The notes beneath the pieces were generated by a model that was given only the letters and a program-made list of their open reading frames with translations, made no database searches and was not told the origin of the DNA. A stretch of DNA of 62,962 bases, the filler included, from Trichosphaerium sp. ATCC 40318 (Eukaryota > Protista > Tubulinea), in NCBI GenBank assembly GCA_038496445.1. It is 3 parts of 3 records of this genome, joined end to end, with 100 filler letters (N's around TTAATTAATTAA, not from the genome) between each part and the next. Parts side by side here need not be neighbours in the genome. Positions count along the whole stretch, not along the records: positions 50,540 to 62,962 come from JALMLS010000547.1; 2 more parts are not named here. One strand, given 5' to 3'. Positions within the stretch are counted from its first letter, which is position 1. Each line of letters starts with the position of its first letter. Made by a program: the position numbers and the translations under genes. Shown here piece by piece: positions 62,644 to 62,962 of this stretch.

Positions 62644-62962
62644 ACTGAAAAGGAAAACAGTATCCATCTTGTAACATAGTTTTTGTTCGAAATAAAAAAC
62701 AAAATGCAGTGTAATGACACTACAACCAGTTTTGCCTTTTTGATTACAAAACAATAATTATTACTTTTTCGAGAGAAAAATATTGTGCTCGAAAAAATAC
62801 CCTACCAAACAGCCTCATATCCGAGATGTTGGTTCTGAATACAATGCAAAAATATCGTTCGTTAGGCGCAATAAGTTGTAATGCTCAAAGCCTGTTAGTA
62901 CTCTCATTCAATGACTGTTATTAACTACATCGTTAATCAAAGGTTATTAATACGTGTTCTCT

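Noticed and set aside
1-62962. Alternative genetic code suggested by the many short ORFs
   Set aside because: The stop codons fall in short introns, and spliced genes end in TAA, TGA or TAG normally. The only recoded stop I found is the Sec UGA.

Overview
This is intron-rich, AT-rich eukaryotic nuclear DNA, most likely from an amoebozoan-type protist (inferred from gelation-factor-like filamin, an MLCK-A/CaMK1-like kinase, an SRF-type MADS gene and chitobiase). Most introns are short, about 40-100 nt, and many have GTAC donors. The window is three contigs joined by artificial N-TTAATTAATTAA-N spacers: 1-29710, 29811-50439 and 50540-62962. The supplied ORF track shows only exon fragments, so the gene models below were spliced by hand. 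The standout locus is a ~22-exon gene (42520-47223, +) that encodes one continuous ~870-aa protein. Its N-terminal half is a bacterial-type Glu/Leu/Phe/Val amino-acid dehydrogenase with intact catalytic and Rossmann motifs. Its C-terminal half is an archaeal/eukaryotic-type tyrosyl-tRNA synthetase with a remodelled amino-acid pocket and HIGH-like motif (YDGFEPSGRMHIAQ becomes LDGCEPSGRMTIAQ) but an intact KMSKS. The same contig carries an iodothyronine-deiodinase-like selenoprotein whose UGA-Sec codon is formed only by splicing, with a SECIS element in its 3' UTR. It also carries an unassigned ~235-nt structured Pol III-type RNA and a tRNA(GAA)-tRNA-Leu(CAA) dicistron with an atypical GAA tRNA. 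Other contents are a pogo/Fot-like DD35D transposase interrupted by a 282-bp insert, a Harbinger-like MITE, giant-virus-like F-box/MORN2/LRR genes and many housekeeping genes.
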